DNA of 63,016 nt, filler included, from Craspedostauros australis (Eukaryota): the NCBI GenBank assembly GCA_030167865.1. It is 12 parts of 12 records of this genome, joined end to end, with 100 filler letters (N's around TTAATTAATTAA, not from the genome) between each part and the next. Parts side by side here need not be neighbours in the genome. Positions count along the whole stretch, not along the records: positions 22,971 to 26,830 come from JALAGF010003993.1; positions 26,931 to 30,612 come from JALAGF010003994.1; positions 30,713 to 55,389 come from JALAGF010003995.1; 9 more parts are not named here. One strand, given 5' to 3'. The notes under the pieces were generated by a model that was not told the DNA's origin, made no database searches, and saw only the letters and a program-made list of their open reading frames with translations. Shown here one piece after another: positions 24,117-35,889 of this stretch (position 1 is its first letter; the number at the start of each line of letters is the position of its first letter). The position numbers were made by a program, and so were the translations under genes.

Positions 24117-24404
24117 CTATAATACAAATAGAAATCAGACTATTGGAAAACATCTGCTATTCTATGCCATGCTATATTATACCGATGTGCCACCTCTTCA
24201 TATTCTTATGTTGCATGTGCATGTGGTGGATACGTGCATGATGGCGTCTATCAGTGGGTGTATGTAAAATTACTCGTTACCGTGTGTTTCTGTTTTGAAT
24301 TCGCGCGTGTGTGCTCTACTCTATCGCAGGATTACTACGAGAATCGCACACAGATGAGTTGTACAGCAAATTCGTTGATGTGTGTGTGCTATTTGTTGAT
24401 TACA

Positions 24405-25805
24405 TTATTTTGTGTCACTGCCGGAATCTCTGTCTTCGAAGAACTTGGTCATCGCATGGAGCATGGAGTGGAGGCCGTGGGTCAATGCGGCCTGCTGCTC
24501 TGTCTGCGCGCGCTCCTGTCGGCGAGCTTCCTCCATTTGTCGTTCGTGCCGGCGACGATTCTGCTCCCACTCGAGCTGCTGCAAATTGAAGATGCGCCTC
24601 CTTTCATCAAACTCGCGTTGCTCTCGCTCCACTTGTTGTTGGGATGCAAGCCGCTGCTGGCGTGACAGGTCATCAAGTTGGCGCGACAAGCATTCATCAT
24701 ACTTACCTCTCTTTGCATTTGCCATCCAGCTTGTCTCCAACTGCTTGTTCCTCGATTCCAATAGGCGCTGAACGATGTCTGCAGTTTTTTTCGTATCTTC
24801 CCACAGGTCGAGTTGCTTTGCCTTCTTCGTGTTGGAAGGCTTGGAATCGTCGTCAGCAGCGTTTGGTTTGTTGCTGGTGAGGGATGTCTTGGACCTCTTT
24901 CCAAGCATGGCTGCACGGAAGTCTGCCGCCGCGGCTTTCATTTTCTTTTCCCGAACTGTGGCCTGCTTCTTGGTGTTCTTGAAGCTGCTGTAGTGCTGAT
25001 GAAGGGTGAGGAGTTTGTGGAGATGTGGTGTGGATGGCTCACCATCATCTCCCGTTCTCTTCGGAGCGCTGCGCTCGAACTCCACAGTTTCTGCCATCAG
25101 TGTCTCAAACCGATATTGGTACCGAGTCTTTTTGCATGTGGACTTTGTTGGCTTGTACATGCTGGGATGGACAGCTTCGAGCTTGCTAGCCACCTCCATC
25201 CAGCTCGCACCAATGTCCTTCTCCCAAGGCTTGCTGTCCATCCCCATCAGATGGTCGATGAGGATGACATCGGATGTTTTGGGATTTTGAAACCATGGAT
25301 ACTCAGGTTTGAGTATCCATTTCGATGAGGACGTGGCCTTGCGCCCGGCTGTCTTGGGTTTGATGGAGCGGGCGAGGTGCGGCTTGCCATCCTCAACCTT
25401 CGGCTGCTTGGACGGGGTCTTCATGGCCCGCTCTGCCGCTGTCTCCACCCCAACAACAACAACATCAGGAGGGTTGATTGTTGCTGATGATGTTCCCAGG
25501 AAGGAGCGCGTGGTGGATACGAAGGGTGGAGACTTCAGGGTGTTGGTGGCAGCAACCCCCATCACGTCGGCCTGTGTGGGCTGCCATAGCGGGCCCTGCC
25601 GAATGATGAGTGGGCGAGGAGACCGTGGCGAGACGGCAGCTCTGCTGCTCCCACTTGCATGTGGATGATCCGAAGTGATCGCATGGCGATGGTACGATGC
25701 TGCGGCGTTGGAGTGGTGGGGGATGGTGGTGAGGTTGCCACCGTCTGTGTTGTCGTCCTCATCGGAGGACGCGATGTACGAGTGTGGAGGCGGACCTGTG
25801 CTCAT
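24405..25805 (-). CDS. Harbinger partner protein (466 aa): Myb/SANT-like domain + C-terminal coiled coil
   Basis: DVILIDHL..KPW..WMEVASKLE..RYQYRFETLM; E/R/Q-rich tail; convergent with the transposase. Confidence 0.8.
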   Translation of the reverse strand: MSTGPPPHSYIASSDEDDNTDGGNLTTIPHHSNAAASYHRHAITSDHPHASGSSRAAVSPRSPRPLIIRQGPLWQPTQADVMGVAATNTLKSPPFVSTTRSFLGTSSATINPPDVVVVGVETAAERAMKTPSKQPKVEDGKPHLARSIKPKTAGRKATSSSKWILKPEYPWFQNPKTSDVILIDHLMGMDSKPWEKDIGASWMEVASKLEAVHPSMYKPTKSTCKKTRYQYRFETLMAETVEFERSAPKRTGDDGEPSTPHLHKLLTLHQHYSSFKNTKKQATVREKKMKAAAADFRAAMLGKRSKTSLTSNKPNAADDDSKPSNTKKAKQLDLWEDTKKTADIVQRLLESRNKQLETSWMANAKRGKYDECLSRQLDDLSRQQRLASQQQVEREQREFDERRRIFNLQQLEWEQNRRRHERQMEEARRQERAQTEQQAALTHGLHSMLHAMTKFFEDRDSGSDTK

Positions 25806-26742
25806 GGCGCGAGGAGGGAGATGGCGCAATGGATGGGATTGTGGGATGTGATGGAGGGAGAAGCAAGATGGCGTTCACAACACGATCGGCAGAGCAGAGA
25901 GGAGAGTGTGTGATCACGACTCATGCCTGTGAGAAGGGAAATTCCGACGCTGAGGTCGCCAACTCCCGATCGGTGCGTTGGAGATGAGAACAGGAGGAAC
26001 AAGAATGACGTCACGAGGAGGACTAGTAGGAATCAGGATGCACTCCAAATAAGCAGATTTGATTGGTGGACCTTTGAGATGTGTATGGACTACGCGTGGA
26101 GGCAAATACTTCACGGGACACAAGGTATTTCGGGATCTTCCTCCAACCCGAAAAAAAGAGCCCCAGATGGCCATTTCCCGAAACTATTTTTGGGCATGGC
26201 TGGCTCGAAATGTCGCAGTATTGGGTTATGAGTTGTCCGTGTGATTTAATTTTAGGATTTCAGGAAGTCTCTAATGTGTGGCAACAGTGTTGCTGGGGAA
26301 CACGGTAATTTGTCCACTCACGACTCCATGAGCTCGTGATTGAGATGAATCGAGTCGTGCCTGACAATGTAGTCCCTGTCTGCCGTTGAAGTTGCGCGCC
26401 GGGCATGCCTGATTCCAGAGCTTCGCCCTTGACCTGGGCGATTCGCAATCTTGTGATTGGTTGGTGGTAAGGTTGGCTTGTGCAAACGAGTATCATTTTC
26501 GTGTCGTTTGGCGAACGGGCGTGGTGCCCAACACGAGCTTTCGAGAACTACGACATGTCGCATGCTGTCAATTCGGACAGATGTGTTCTTCTTTTTTGGA
26601 TAACTCACGATTTCGTGTCACATACACATAATGTGCTAGCTATTTCGATTATATCTGAAATGTCCCACAACCAATGCAGCATTGTGTGTAAAAATATACG
26701 TAGCACCAGTACCAAATTTAGCTTGTTTGAGTTTGTGCGTCG

Positions 26743-26830
26743 GGGGACAGAGAGGGGACACAGAGGAGACATGATGGAACATAGGGAGAACAGGGGGGTA
26801 CACAGGGGGTACACAGGGGGTACAGAGGGG
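26743..26830 (+). repeat. G-rich degenerate tandem repeat (ACAGGGGGTAC-like) at contig end
   Basis: CAGGGGGGGTACACAGGGGGTACACAGGGGGTACAGAGGGG. Confidence 0.7.
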
Positions 26831-26930
26831 NNNNNNNNNNNNNNNNNNNNNNNNNNNNNNNNNNNNNNNNNNNNTTAATTAATTAANNNNNNNNNNNNNN
26901 NNNNNNNNNNNNNNNNNNNNNNNNNNNNNN

Positions 26931-28317
26931 GCCTCCACACTCGTACATCGCGTCCTCCGATGAGGACGACAACACAGACGGTGGCAACCTCACCACCATC
27001 CCCCACCACTCCAACGCCGCAGCATCGTACCATCGCCATGCGATCACTTCGGATCATCCACATGCAAGTGGGAGCAGCAGAGCTGCCGTCTCGCCACGGT
27101 CTCCTCGCCCACTCATCATTCGGCAGGGCCCGCTATGGCAGCCCACACAGGCCGACGTGATGGGGGTTGCTGCCACCAACACCCTGAAGTCTCCACCCTT
27201 CGTATCCACCACGCGCTCCTTCCTGGGAACATCATCAGCAACAATCAACCCTCCTGATGTTGTTGTTGTTGGGGTGGAGACAGCGGCAGAGCGGGCCATG
27301 AAGACCCCGTCCAAGCAGCCGAAGGTTGAGGATGGCAAGCCGCACCTCGCCCGCTCCATCAAACCCAAGACAGCCGGGCGCAAGGCCACGTCCTCATCGA
27401 AATGGATACTCAAACCTGAGTATCCATGGTTTCAAAATCCCAAAACATCCGATGTCATCCTCATCGACCATCTGATGGGGATGGACAGCAAGCCTTGGGA
27501 GAAGGACATTGGTGCGAGCTGGATGGAGGTGGCTAGCAAGCTCGAAGCTGTCCATCCCAGCATGTACAAGCCAACAAAGTCCACATGCAAAAAGACTCGG
27601 TACCAATATCGGTTTGAGACACTGATGGCAGAAACTGTGGAGTTCGAGCGCAGCGCTCCGAAGAGAACGGGAGATGATGGTGAGCCATCCACACCACATC
27701 TCCACAAACTCCTCACCCTTCATCAGCACTACAGCAGCTTCAAGAACACCAAGAAGCAGGCCACAGTTCGGGAAAAGAAAATGAAAGCCGCGGCGGCAGA
27801 CTTCCGTGCAGCCATGCTTGGAAAGAGGTCCAAGACATCCCTCACCAGCAACAAACCAAACGCTGCTGACGACGATTCCAAGCCTTCCAACACGAAGAAG
27901 GCAAAGCAACTCGACCTGTGGGAAGATACGAAAAAAACTGCAGACATCGTTCAGCGCCTATTGGAATCGAGGAACAAGCAGTTGGAGACAAGCTGGATGG
28001 CAAATGCAAAGAGAGGTAAGTATGATGAATGCTTGTCGCGCCAACTTGATGACCTGTCACGCCAGCAGCGGCTTGCATCCCAACAACAAGTGGAGCGAGA
28101 GCAACGCGAGTTTGATGAAAGGAGGCGCATCTTCAATTTGCAGCAGCTCGAGTGGGAGCAGAATCGTCGCCGGCACGAACGACAAATGGAGGAAGCTCGC
28201 CGACAGGAGCGCGCGCAGACAGAGCAGCAGGCCGCATTGACCCACGGCCTCCACTCCATGCTCCATGCGATGACCAAGTTCTTCGAAGACAGAGATTCCG
28301 GCAGTGACACAAAATAA
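26931..28317 (+). CDS. Harbinger Myb/SANT-like partner, 5'-truncated
   Basis: Translation identical to 24405-25805 over the shared part. Confidence 0.8.
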
Positions 28318-28605
28318 TGTAATCAACAAATAGCACACACACATCAACGAATTTGCTGTACAACTCATCTGTGTGCGATTCTCGTAGTAATCCTGCGATA
28401 GAGTAGAGCACACACGCGCGAATTCAAAACAGAAACACACGGTAACGAGTAATTTTACATACACCCACTGATAGACGCCATCATGCACGTATCCACCACA
28501 TGCACATGCAACATAAGAATATGAAGAGGTGGCACATCGGTATAATATAGCATGGCATAGAATAGCAGATGTTTTCCAATAGTCTGATTTCTATTTGTAT
28601 TATAG

Positions 28606-29832
28606 CTATGGCACGAGGAGGAGGTACTCCTCCATACTCATCTTGTTCAAATCGTACCTTGCAGACTGTTGATTACCATACACAGTGCAGTGCAGATTCA
28701 TGAAGAACGCAGCAGTGTAGTACATATGCGTGAGTGGACTGCCGTAGATGCGCATCAGCTTGGTTACATCCAACAAAGGGAAGAGCTTCACGATTTCCTT
28801 GAACTGCCACTCGACGCAGATGCGCACCGCAGACATCTCCCTGTTGACGATAGCTTCAGGTGATCCGCGAACGACATTGCTGAAACCACCGAACACATAC
28901 ACACGGTTGGCATACGCTGGATCCCCGTACAGGCGGTAGATTTTGTTTGGGCCATCCAATGGCATCATGTCTTCCATTTGCTCTTCGATTCGGCTCTCCT
29001 TCAGCATGAAACCATCATGGCGATTCCCAGCAATGGGTCCGTAGAAGTGCATCATCAATCCATCCGGAGCCGACACTCCTTGATATTTGATGCCGTGACA
29101 TCGCTTGTGGCCGGAGTATGCGAACTCCTGATAAATGTGTGGGCGACACGTTTTTCGCAACGTTCCATCAATGAAGCCGACGACGTTGTCCACGATCCCA
29201 TCAGTCGCTCTCTCAACATAATCAGCATACATCTCGAAACGATGCGCAAATGTCTGCATGTTATCGAAGTAGGGACGGGCGATGTCGTGGAAATGGCCGC
29301 AGAAGGTAAGAATCACAGCGGATAATTTAGAATTCCCGACTCCGAAGACAACCTCCATGTCACCCAGAGTGCCCCGATGCGCCAGGCGATACAACATGTA
29401 GAGCATGCCTGTTTCGAAGGGCACACTGTATCCATATTGGCAGGTGATGGCCTCGGAGGATGTTGCGCCAGACACTTCCTCGAACTTGGGCCAAAGGCAT
29501 CCCAGCATGCTTTGGAGGGCACACTTTCGGAAGCGAAAGTGGGTGATGGCCTGCATCTCCGAAAGATGTTCGATTCGGATTGGCGCTTTCTGGCGATTCG
29601 AGGGCGGCACGATTGGTGCGTAGTAGCGCATTTGCATGTTGAGCAAATGAAGCCCGAGCTCGATGACGAGATCGAAGTTCTCATCCAGGAAAGACTGATC
29701 GAACAAGGGTTCGTTGGAGTTGGCCTGGGCATGCTGTAGTTGCTGCAACTCATCGGCGAAAGTGATGAATGCGATCCTTGCCTGCTTGCAAGCTTCCCGC
29801 TCAGGAAGACAGTTCCAAGTCCTCTTCCCCAT
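28606..29832 (-). CDS. HARBI1-type DDE transposase, full length (408 aa from MGKRTW)
   Basis: Intact DDE motifs; this ATG is shared with copy 3 while the upstream sequence diverges. Confidence 0.93.
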   Translation of the reverse strand: MGKRTWNCLPEREACKQARIAFITFADELQQLQHAQANSNEPLFDQSFLDENFDLVIELGLHLLNMQMRYYAPIVPPSNRQKAPIRIEHLSEMQAITHFRFRKCALQSMLGCLWPKFEEVSGATSSEAITCQYGYSVPFETGMLYMLYRLAHRGTLGDMEVVFGVGNSKLSAVILTFCGHFHDIARPYFDNMQTFAHRFEMYADYVERATDGIVDNVVGFIDGTLRKTCRPHIYQEFAYSGHKRCHGIKYQGVSAPDGLMMHFYGPIAGNRHDGFMLKESRIEEQMEDMMPLDGPNKIYRLYGDPAYANRVYVFGGFSNVVRGSPEAIVNREMSAVRICVEWQFKEIVKLFPLLDVTKLMRIYGSPLTHMYYTAAFFMNLHCTVYGNQQSARYDLNKMSMEEYLLLVP

Positions 29833-30712
29833 TGCAATCGGATGGTGTCTGTACATGTGGGAGGGACAAGATCAATGATGTACACGAGGAGGTATGCAGC
29901 AAGGTTGGAGGTATAAACGAGTCAACAACCCAACGGCAACGCCTCCGACGCAGATGAATGAAACAGATGAGACGGGCACAGCTCAGGGATGCCGATGCCG
30001 ATGTGACGAACAAAATGTGACGGTCGGTTGGATGAATGAGAAAAAGGAGCACAGGAACCATTTAGAAAAATACGTTTTCCTTTCTAGTCTTGCTTACGAC
30101 CCTCTTGATTCTAATATTAGTTCACGGTCGGTGACGTCGGTCATATTTCGGGCCGTTGCTATCAGACGTTATTGATAGTCACAGTGCGTGTCGTTTCGGG
30201 AAACTGGTTTCGGGTTTCAGGAAGTCTCTATGGCCCCATTCAGGATAGAATCGTACGTTTTTGCGGATTTGACATCGTAACACGTGATATTTTTAGAACA
30301 TGATTTTTCGTGTTGTCCATTAGGGTTAGATATATTTAGCTAGCTTCTACGACACAAATACCTGGCTGACTTGTCTTCGCCGCGGACAGAATTGATGACG
30401 TCTTTGACGGTCGATATCAGACGGCAATGGAATCCAATGTTGTGGATGGTGACGTTGTCGCAGATTCGGTGTTGCCTTGATTCCTTGCGTTGTTGGTGAT
30501 TTGGTTCTGTTGTGTGCTTCCTCGTTTGTGTGTGTGTTGTGTCAAACAGCACAGCGTTGGTGGTAGCGTCCCTGCACGTCCATGTTCACAGCAACAGCAA
30601 CACTTGCGAATANNNNNNNNNNNNNNNNNNNNNNNNNNNNNNNNNNNNNNNNNNNNTTAATTAATTAANNNNNNNNNNNNNNNNNNNNNNNNNNNNNNNN
30701 NNNNNNNNNNNN

Positions 30713-32099
30713 GCCTCCACACTCGTACATCGCGTCCTCCGATGAGGACGACAACACAGACGGTGGCAACCTCACCACCATCCCCCACCACTCCAACGCC
30801 GCAGCATCGTACCATCGCCATGCGATCACTTCGGATCATCCACATGCAAGTGGGAGCAGCAGAGCTGCCGTCTCGCCACGGTCTCCTCGCCCACTCATCA
30901 TTCGGCAGGGCCCGCTATGGCAGCCCACACAGGCCGACGTGATGGGGGTTGCTGCCACCAACACCCTGAAGTCTCCACCCTTCGTATCCACCACGCGCTC
31001 CTTCCTGGGAACATCATCAGCAACAATCAACCCTCCTGATGTTGTTGTTGTTGGGGTGGAGACAGCGGCAGAGCGGGCCATGAAGACCCCGTCCAAGCAG
31101 CCGAAGGTTGAGGATGGCAAGCCGCACCTCGCCCGCTCCATCAAACCCAAGACAGCCGGGCGCAAGGCCACGTCCTCATCGAAATGGATACTCAAACCTG
31201 AGTATCCATGGTTTCAAAATCCCAAAACATCCGATGTCATCCTCATCGACCATCTGATGGGGATGGACAGCAAGCCTTGGGAGAAGGACATTGGTGCGAG
31301 CTGGATGGAGGTGGCTAGCAAGCTCGAAGCTGTCCATCCCAGCATGTACAAGCCAACAAAGTCCACATGCAAAAAGACTCGGTACCAATATCGGTTTGAG
31401 ACACTGATGGCAGAAACTGTGGAGTTCGAGCGCAGCGCTCCGAAGAGAACGGGAGATGATGGTGAGCCATCCACACCACATCTCCACAAACTCCTCACCC
31501 TTCATCAGCACTACAGCAGCTTCAAGAACACCAAGAAGCAGGCCACAGTTCGGGAAAAGAAAATGAAAGCCGCGGCGGCAGACTTCCGTGCAGCCATGCT
31601 TGGAAAGAGGTCCAAGACATCCCTCACCAGCAACAAACCAAACGCTGCTGACGACGATTCCAAGCCTTCCAACACGAAGAAGGCAAAGCAACTCGACCTG
31701 TGGGAAGATACGAAAAAAACTGCAGACATCGTTCAGCGCCTATTGGAATCGAGGAACAAGCAGTTGGAGACAAGCTGGATGGCAAATGCAAAGAGAGGTA
31801 AGTATGATGAATGCTTGTCGCGCCAACTTGATGACCTGTCACGCCAGCAGCGGCTTGCATCCCAACAACAAGTGGAGCGAGAGCAACGCGAGTTTGATGA
31901 AAGGAGGCGCATCTTCAATTTGCAGCAGCTCGAGTGGGAGCAGAATCGTCGCCGGCACGAACGACAAATGGAGGAAGCTCGCCGACAGGAGCGCGCGCAG
32001 ACAGAGCAGCAGGCCGCATTGACCCACGGCCTCCACTCCATGCTCCATGCGATGACCAAGTTCTTCGAAGACAGAGATTCCGGCAGTGACACAAAATAA
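30713..32099 (+). CDS. Harbinger Myb/SANT-like partner, 5'-truncated
   Basis: Translation identical to the other copies. Confidence 0.8.
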
Positions 32100-32387
32100 T
32101 GTAATCAACAAATAGCACACACACATCAACGAATTTGCTGTACAACTCATCTGTGTGCGATTCTCGTAGTAATCCTGCGATAGAGTAGAGCACACACGCG
32201 CGAATTCAAAACAGAAACACACGGTAACGAGTAATTTTACATACACCCACTGATAGACGCCATCATGCACGTATCCACCACATGCACATGCAACATAAGA
32301 ATATGAAGAGGTGGCACATCGGTATAATATAGCATGGCATAGAATAGCAGATGTTTTCCAATAGTCTGATTTCTATTTGTATTATAG

Positions 32388-33614
32388 CTATGGCACGAGG
32401 AGGAGGTACTCCTCCATACTCATCTTGTTCAAATCGTACCTTGCAGACTGTTGATTACCATACACAGTGCAGTGCAGATTCATGAAGAACGCAGCAGTGT
32501 AGTACATATGCGTGAGTGGACTGCCGTAGATGCGCATCAGCTTGGTTACATCCAACAAAGGGAAGAGCTTCACGATTTCCTTGAACTGCCACTCGACGCA
32601 GATGCGCACCGCAGACATCTCCCTGTTGACGATAGCTTCAGGTGATCCGCGAACGACATTGCTGAAACCACCGAACACATACACACGGTTGGCATACGCT
32701 GGATCCCCGTACAGGCGGTAGATTTTGTTTGGGCCATCCAATGGCATCATGTCTTCCATTTGCTCTTCGATTCGGCTCTCCTTCAGCATGAAACCATCAT
32801 GGCGATTCCCAGCAATGGGTCCGTAGAAGTGCATCATCAATCCATCCGGAGCCGACACTCCTTGATATTTGATGCCGTGACATCGCTTGTGGCCGGAGTA
32901 TGCGAACTCCTGATAAATGTGTGGGCGACACGTTTTTCGCAACGTTCCATCAATGAAGCCGACGACGTTGTCCACGATCCCATCAGTCGCTCTCTCAACA
33001 TAATCAGCATACATCTCGAAACGATGCGCAAATGTCTGCATGTTATCGAAGTAGGGACGGGCGATGTCGTGGAAATGGCCGCAGAAGGTAAGAATCACAG
33101 CGGATAATTTAGAATTCCCGACTCCGAAGACAACCTCCATGTCACCCAGAGTGCCCCGATGCGCCAGGCGATACAACATGTAGAGCATGCCTGTTTCGAA
33201 GGGCACACTGTATCCATATTGGCAGGTGATGGCCTCGGAGGATGTTGCGCCAGACACTTCCTCGAACTTGGGCCAAAGGCATCCCAGCATGCTTTGGAGG
33301 GCACACTTTCGGAAGCGAAAGTGGGTGATGGCCTGCATCTCCGAAAGATGTTCGATTCGGATTGGCGCTTTCTGGCGATTCGAGGGCGGCACGATTGGTG
33401 CGTAGTAGCGCATTTGCATGTTGAGCAAATGAAGCCCGAGCTCGATGACGAGATCGAAGTTCTCATCCAGGAAAGACTGATCGAACAAGGGTTCGTTGGA
33501 GTTGGCCTGGGCATGCTGTAGTTGCTGCAACTCGTCGGCGAAAGTGATGAATGCGATCCTTGCCTGCTTGCAAGCTTCCCGCTCAGGAAGACAGTTCCAA
33601 CTCCTCTTTCCCAT
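32388..33614 (-). CDS. HARBI1-type DDE transposase, full length (408 aa from MGKRSW)
   Basis: Intact DDE motifs as in copies 1 and 2. Confidence 0.93.
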   Translation of the reverse strand: MGKRSWNCLPEREACKQARIAFITFADELQQLQHAQANSNEPLFDQSFLDENFDLVIELGLHLLNMQMRYYAPIVPPSNRQKAPIRIEHLSEMQAITHFRFRKCALQSMLGCLWPKFEEVSGATSSEAITCQYGYSVPFETGMLYMLYRLAHRGTLGDMEVVFGVGNSKLSAVILTFCGHFHDIARPYFDNMQTFAHRFEMYADYVERATDGIVDNVVGFIDGTLRKTCRPHIYQEFAYSGHKRCHGIKYQGVSAPDGLMMHFYGPIAGNRHDGFMLKESRIEEQMEDMMPLDGPNKIYRLYGDPAYANRVYVFGGFSNVVRGSPEAIVNREMSAVRICVEWQFKEIVKLFPLLDVTKLMRIYGSPLTHMYYTAAFFMNLHCTVYGNQQSARYDLNKMSMEEYLLLVP

Positions 33615-35466
33615 TGCGATTGGACGGTCTATGTAGATGTGGAAGGACGAAGTCGAATGATGTACAGGAGGAGGCATGCAGTGCGGGTGGAGGTAACGAC
33701 ACAGCGACAAATTCAACGGCAACGCCTCCGACGCAGATGAATGAAACAGATGAGACGGGCACAGCTCAGGGATGCCGATGCCGATGTGACGAACAAAATG
33801 TGGCGGCCGGTTGGATGAATGAGACAAAGCAGCACAGGAACCATTTAGAAAAATACCTTTTCCTTTCTAGTCTTGCTTACGACCCTCTTGATTCTAATAT
33901 TAGTTCACGGTCGGTGACGTCGGTCATGTTTTGGGCCGTTACTTTCAGACGTTATTGATAGTCACAGTGCGTGTCGTTTCGGGAAACTGGTTTCGGGTTT
34001 CAGGTTGTCTCTATTGTGGTGCGAACCGATGTGTTCCTCACATGCCATTACCAGTTCCTTACATCCTGATATCATCCATTGTGGCTTCGTTCATTGTATT
34101 GCATTGTAGTTGATTATGGTTGATTACTTCTGCAATAGCGTTTCAGTTCTACTCCAGAATACTGTACACCAGCAACAGTCTTGGCAACAGCAACTTGGAT
34201 GTATGTGTATCGTTGCATCCATCGTGCTTGGGGGAGCAATGATCCCTTGGTTAGCGGCAGCACACAAGAGCAGTCCAGAATAGAGCAGAGTAGGTTGTTT
34301 CACACCGAGGAGTTCAATCTCGCCATGCTCTGACCGCTCTTCATTGGATTCTCCGCATCGGTGAGCCTGTGTAACTGCGCTGCGCATAATTTCCACGCAA
34401 TGTGCGCGCATTTTAGCATGTATCGCGTGCGCAATGTAGATGCCAGTGTTCGATTGGCCATAGTTGCGCTGGAGATTAGTAGAGAACATGAGGCTTCCTC
34501 CACAGAACAGTTCGAACGCGATTTGATGGAGCACGAACAGCGACTGCGTCAACGACTTCACCCATGGCATGAGTGTAAAATCAATGGCTAGTCTTCGCGA
34601 GAGCATAGCAACCAGCGTCAATGAAGACAGTTGTGGCGCGTGAGTAGGAAGCGGTGTTTCCTCGCGAGGATAGTACGCGGTAAAGTGACGAAAAGAACTT
34701 GCAGTTGATATATCTTTGGAGGAAGTGAGGTTCGAAGACCGAGACTACACGGGAAGGTGCAGGGGAGGATTTTGCGTCAATTGAAAGCAACGGCACGATG
34801 ATCCGACGTCGGGCTGATCCACAACCTTGCATAAAGTAGAGAGACTCAGGTGAGCGGCACAGTACGAATCTACAACACGTAAACACGCACGATAATTTTT
34901 GGCGCGAACTTTTGTGCGTTCACGGATCGATGATCATGGCTGTCACGAGCATTAGTGACTGACTTCAAACACCCAAAGCAACACACAAAAGCAATCTGGA
35001 CCGCTGACCAGCACACCACCCGAAGCAGAATGAAGCGACGAATACAGCCGTGCCATTCACTTGAGCAATAGACGAAACAGAATTGGATGCGGGTCTTTGG
35101 AAGGCAGTCGGTCGAGATTGGACGAAGAAGCAACAAGTTGCTGTACCAGAATGCTGTAGACTCTACGCAGTTACCAATGGCTACCAACGAAAAAAATCCG
35201 AAATCACGTCCGTACGTCGTCCGTATGACAAAGGTCGATAAAGGGTTAAAACAGGCATCAAGATGAACATGAAGCGGAGACCGCTTGCCAACAATGAACA
35301 CATCAACAGAGAGCTATCACTCTCTTCTTTCTAATGATGCAAAGATGTCAGGCAACGGCCATCAACTCATCGAATGGCAGCTTGTGCCGTCGGCGATATG
35401 CCAATGGTTTCCAATGATTACCAAAAAGTGCCAATAAACCGGAAATTAACCAATAGGCACGGGGTG

Positions 35467-35490
35467 CTCTCTCTCTCTCTCTCTCTCTCT
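35467..35490 (+). repeat. (CT)12 microsatellite
   Basis: Read directly. Confidence 0.95.
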
Positions 35491-35889
35491 GTATAGTTGT
35501 ATGATGGTCGTGCTCAATTTATTTGTACTCTCTGTAGAGAGAGACCAGAGCAAGTCTCCACGTTCTTTCAACGCGGCAGTCTATGCGCGCGAGGACAGAG
35601 GAAAACGAAGTGATTGTGAATCATGACTGACTCAGATGGCGCGTGTTTGGGTAGCGTTGTTCGAATCCATTCCGAAACCGCACATTCTCGCTCTTTTGTC
35701 TGTGTGTGAGAGAGAACAACACACATTGGCTCTCGTCATCATCATTGGCGTTCCAGATACCGCACACACTCTCCTTGCAGCCATCAACACCCACCTTGCT
35801 AATACCATTGCTCTTCGCCAACCCAAGAGTCAGACAAAGTCCGAATCAATAGAGCAGATTGAATTGAATAATAATCAGATCGAATCAAG

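Larger units (their letters stand above)
22971..26272 (+). mobile_element. PHIS element family B, copy 1 (partner-gene end present)
   Basis: Ends TTTCAGGAAGTCTCT|AAT; the same 15-mer reads outward at the opposite end of the element in copy 2. Confidence 0.9.
26931..30229 (-). mobile_element. PHIS element family B, copy 2 (transposase end present)
   Basis: Reverse complement of the copy 1 core; terminus TTTCAGGAAGTCTCT|ATG. Confidence 0.9.
30713..34012 (-). mobile_element. PHIS element family B, copy 3 (variant terminus)
   Basis: Terminus TTTCAGGTTGTCTCT|ATT; similarity to copy 2 ends at this point. Confidence 0.9.

Noticed and set aside
28016..28068. Intron at GTAAGT in the family B partner gene
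   Set aside because: The nearest acceptors give 50-53 nt, frame-breaking introns, and the ORF reads through.
30320..30329. Telomere repeat TTAGGGTTAG or a piggyBac end
   Set aside because: Under two units, internal, with no TTAA and no partner end.
22971..34012. Inverted/tandem cluster of three transposons
   Set aside because: The copies are on different contigs, so their adjacency and orientation are artificial.
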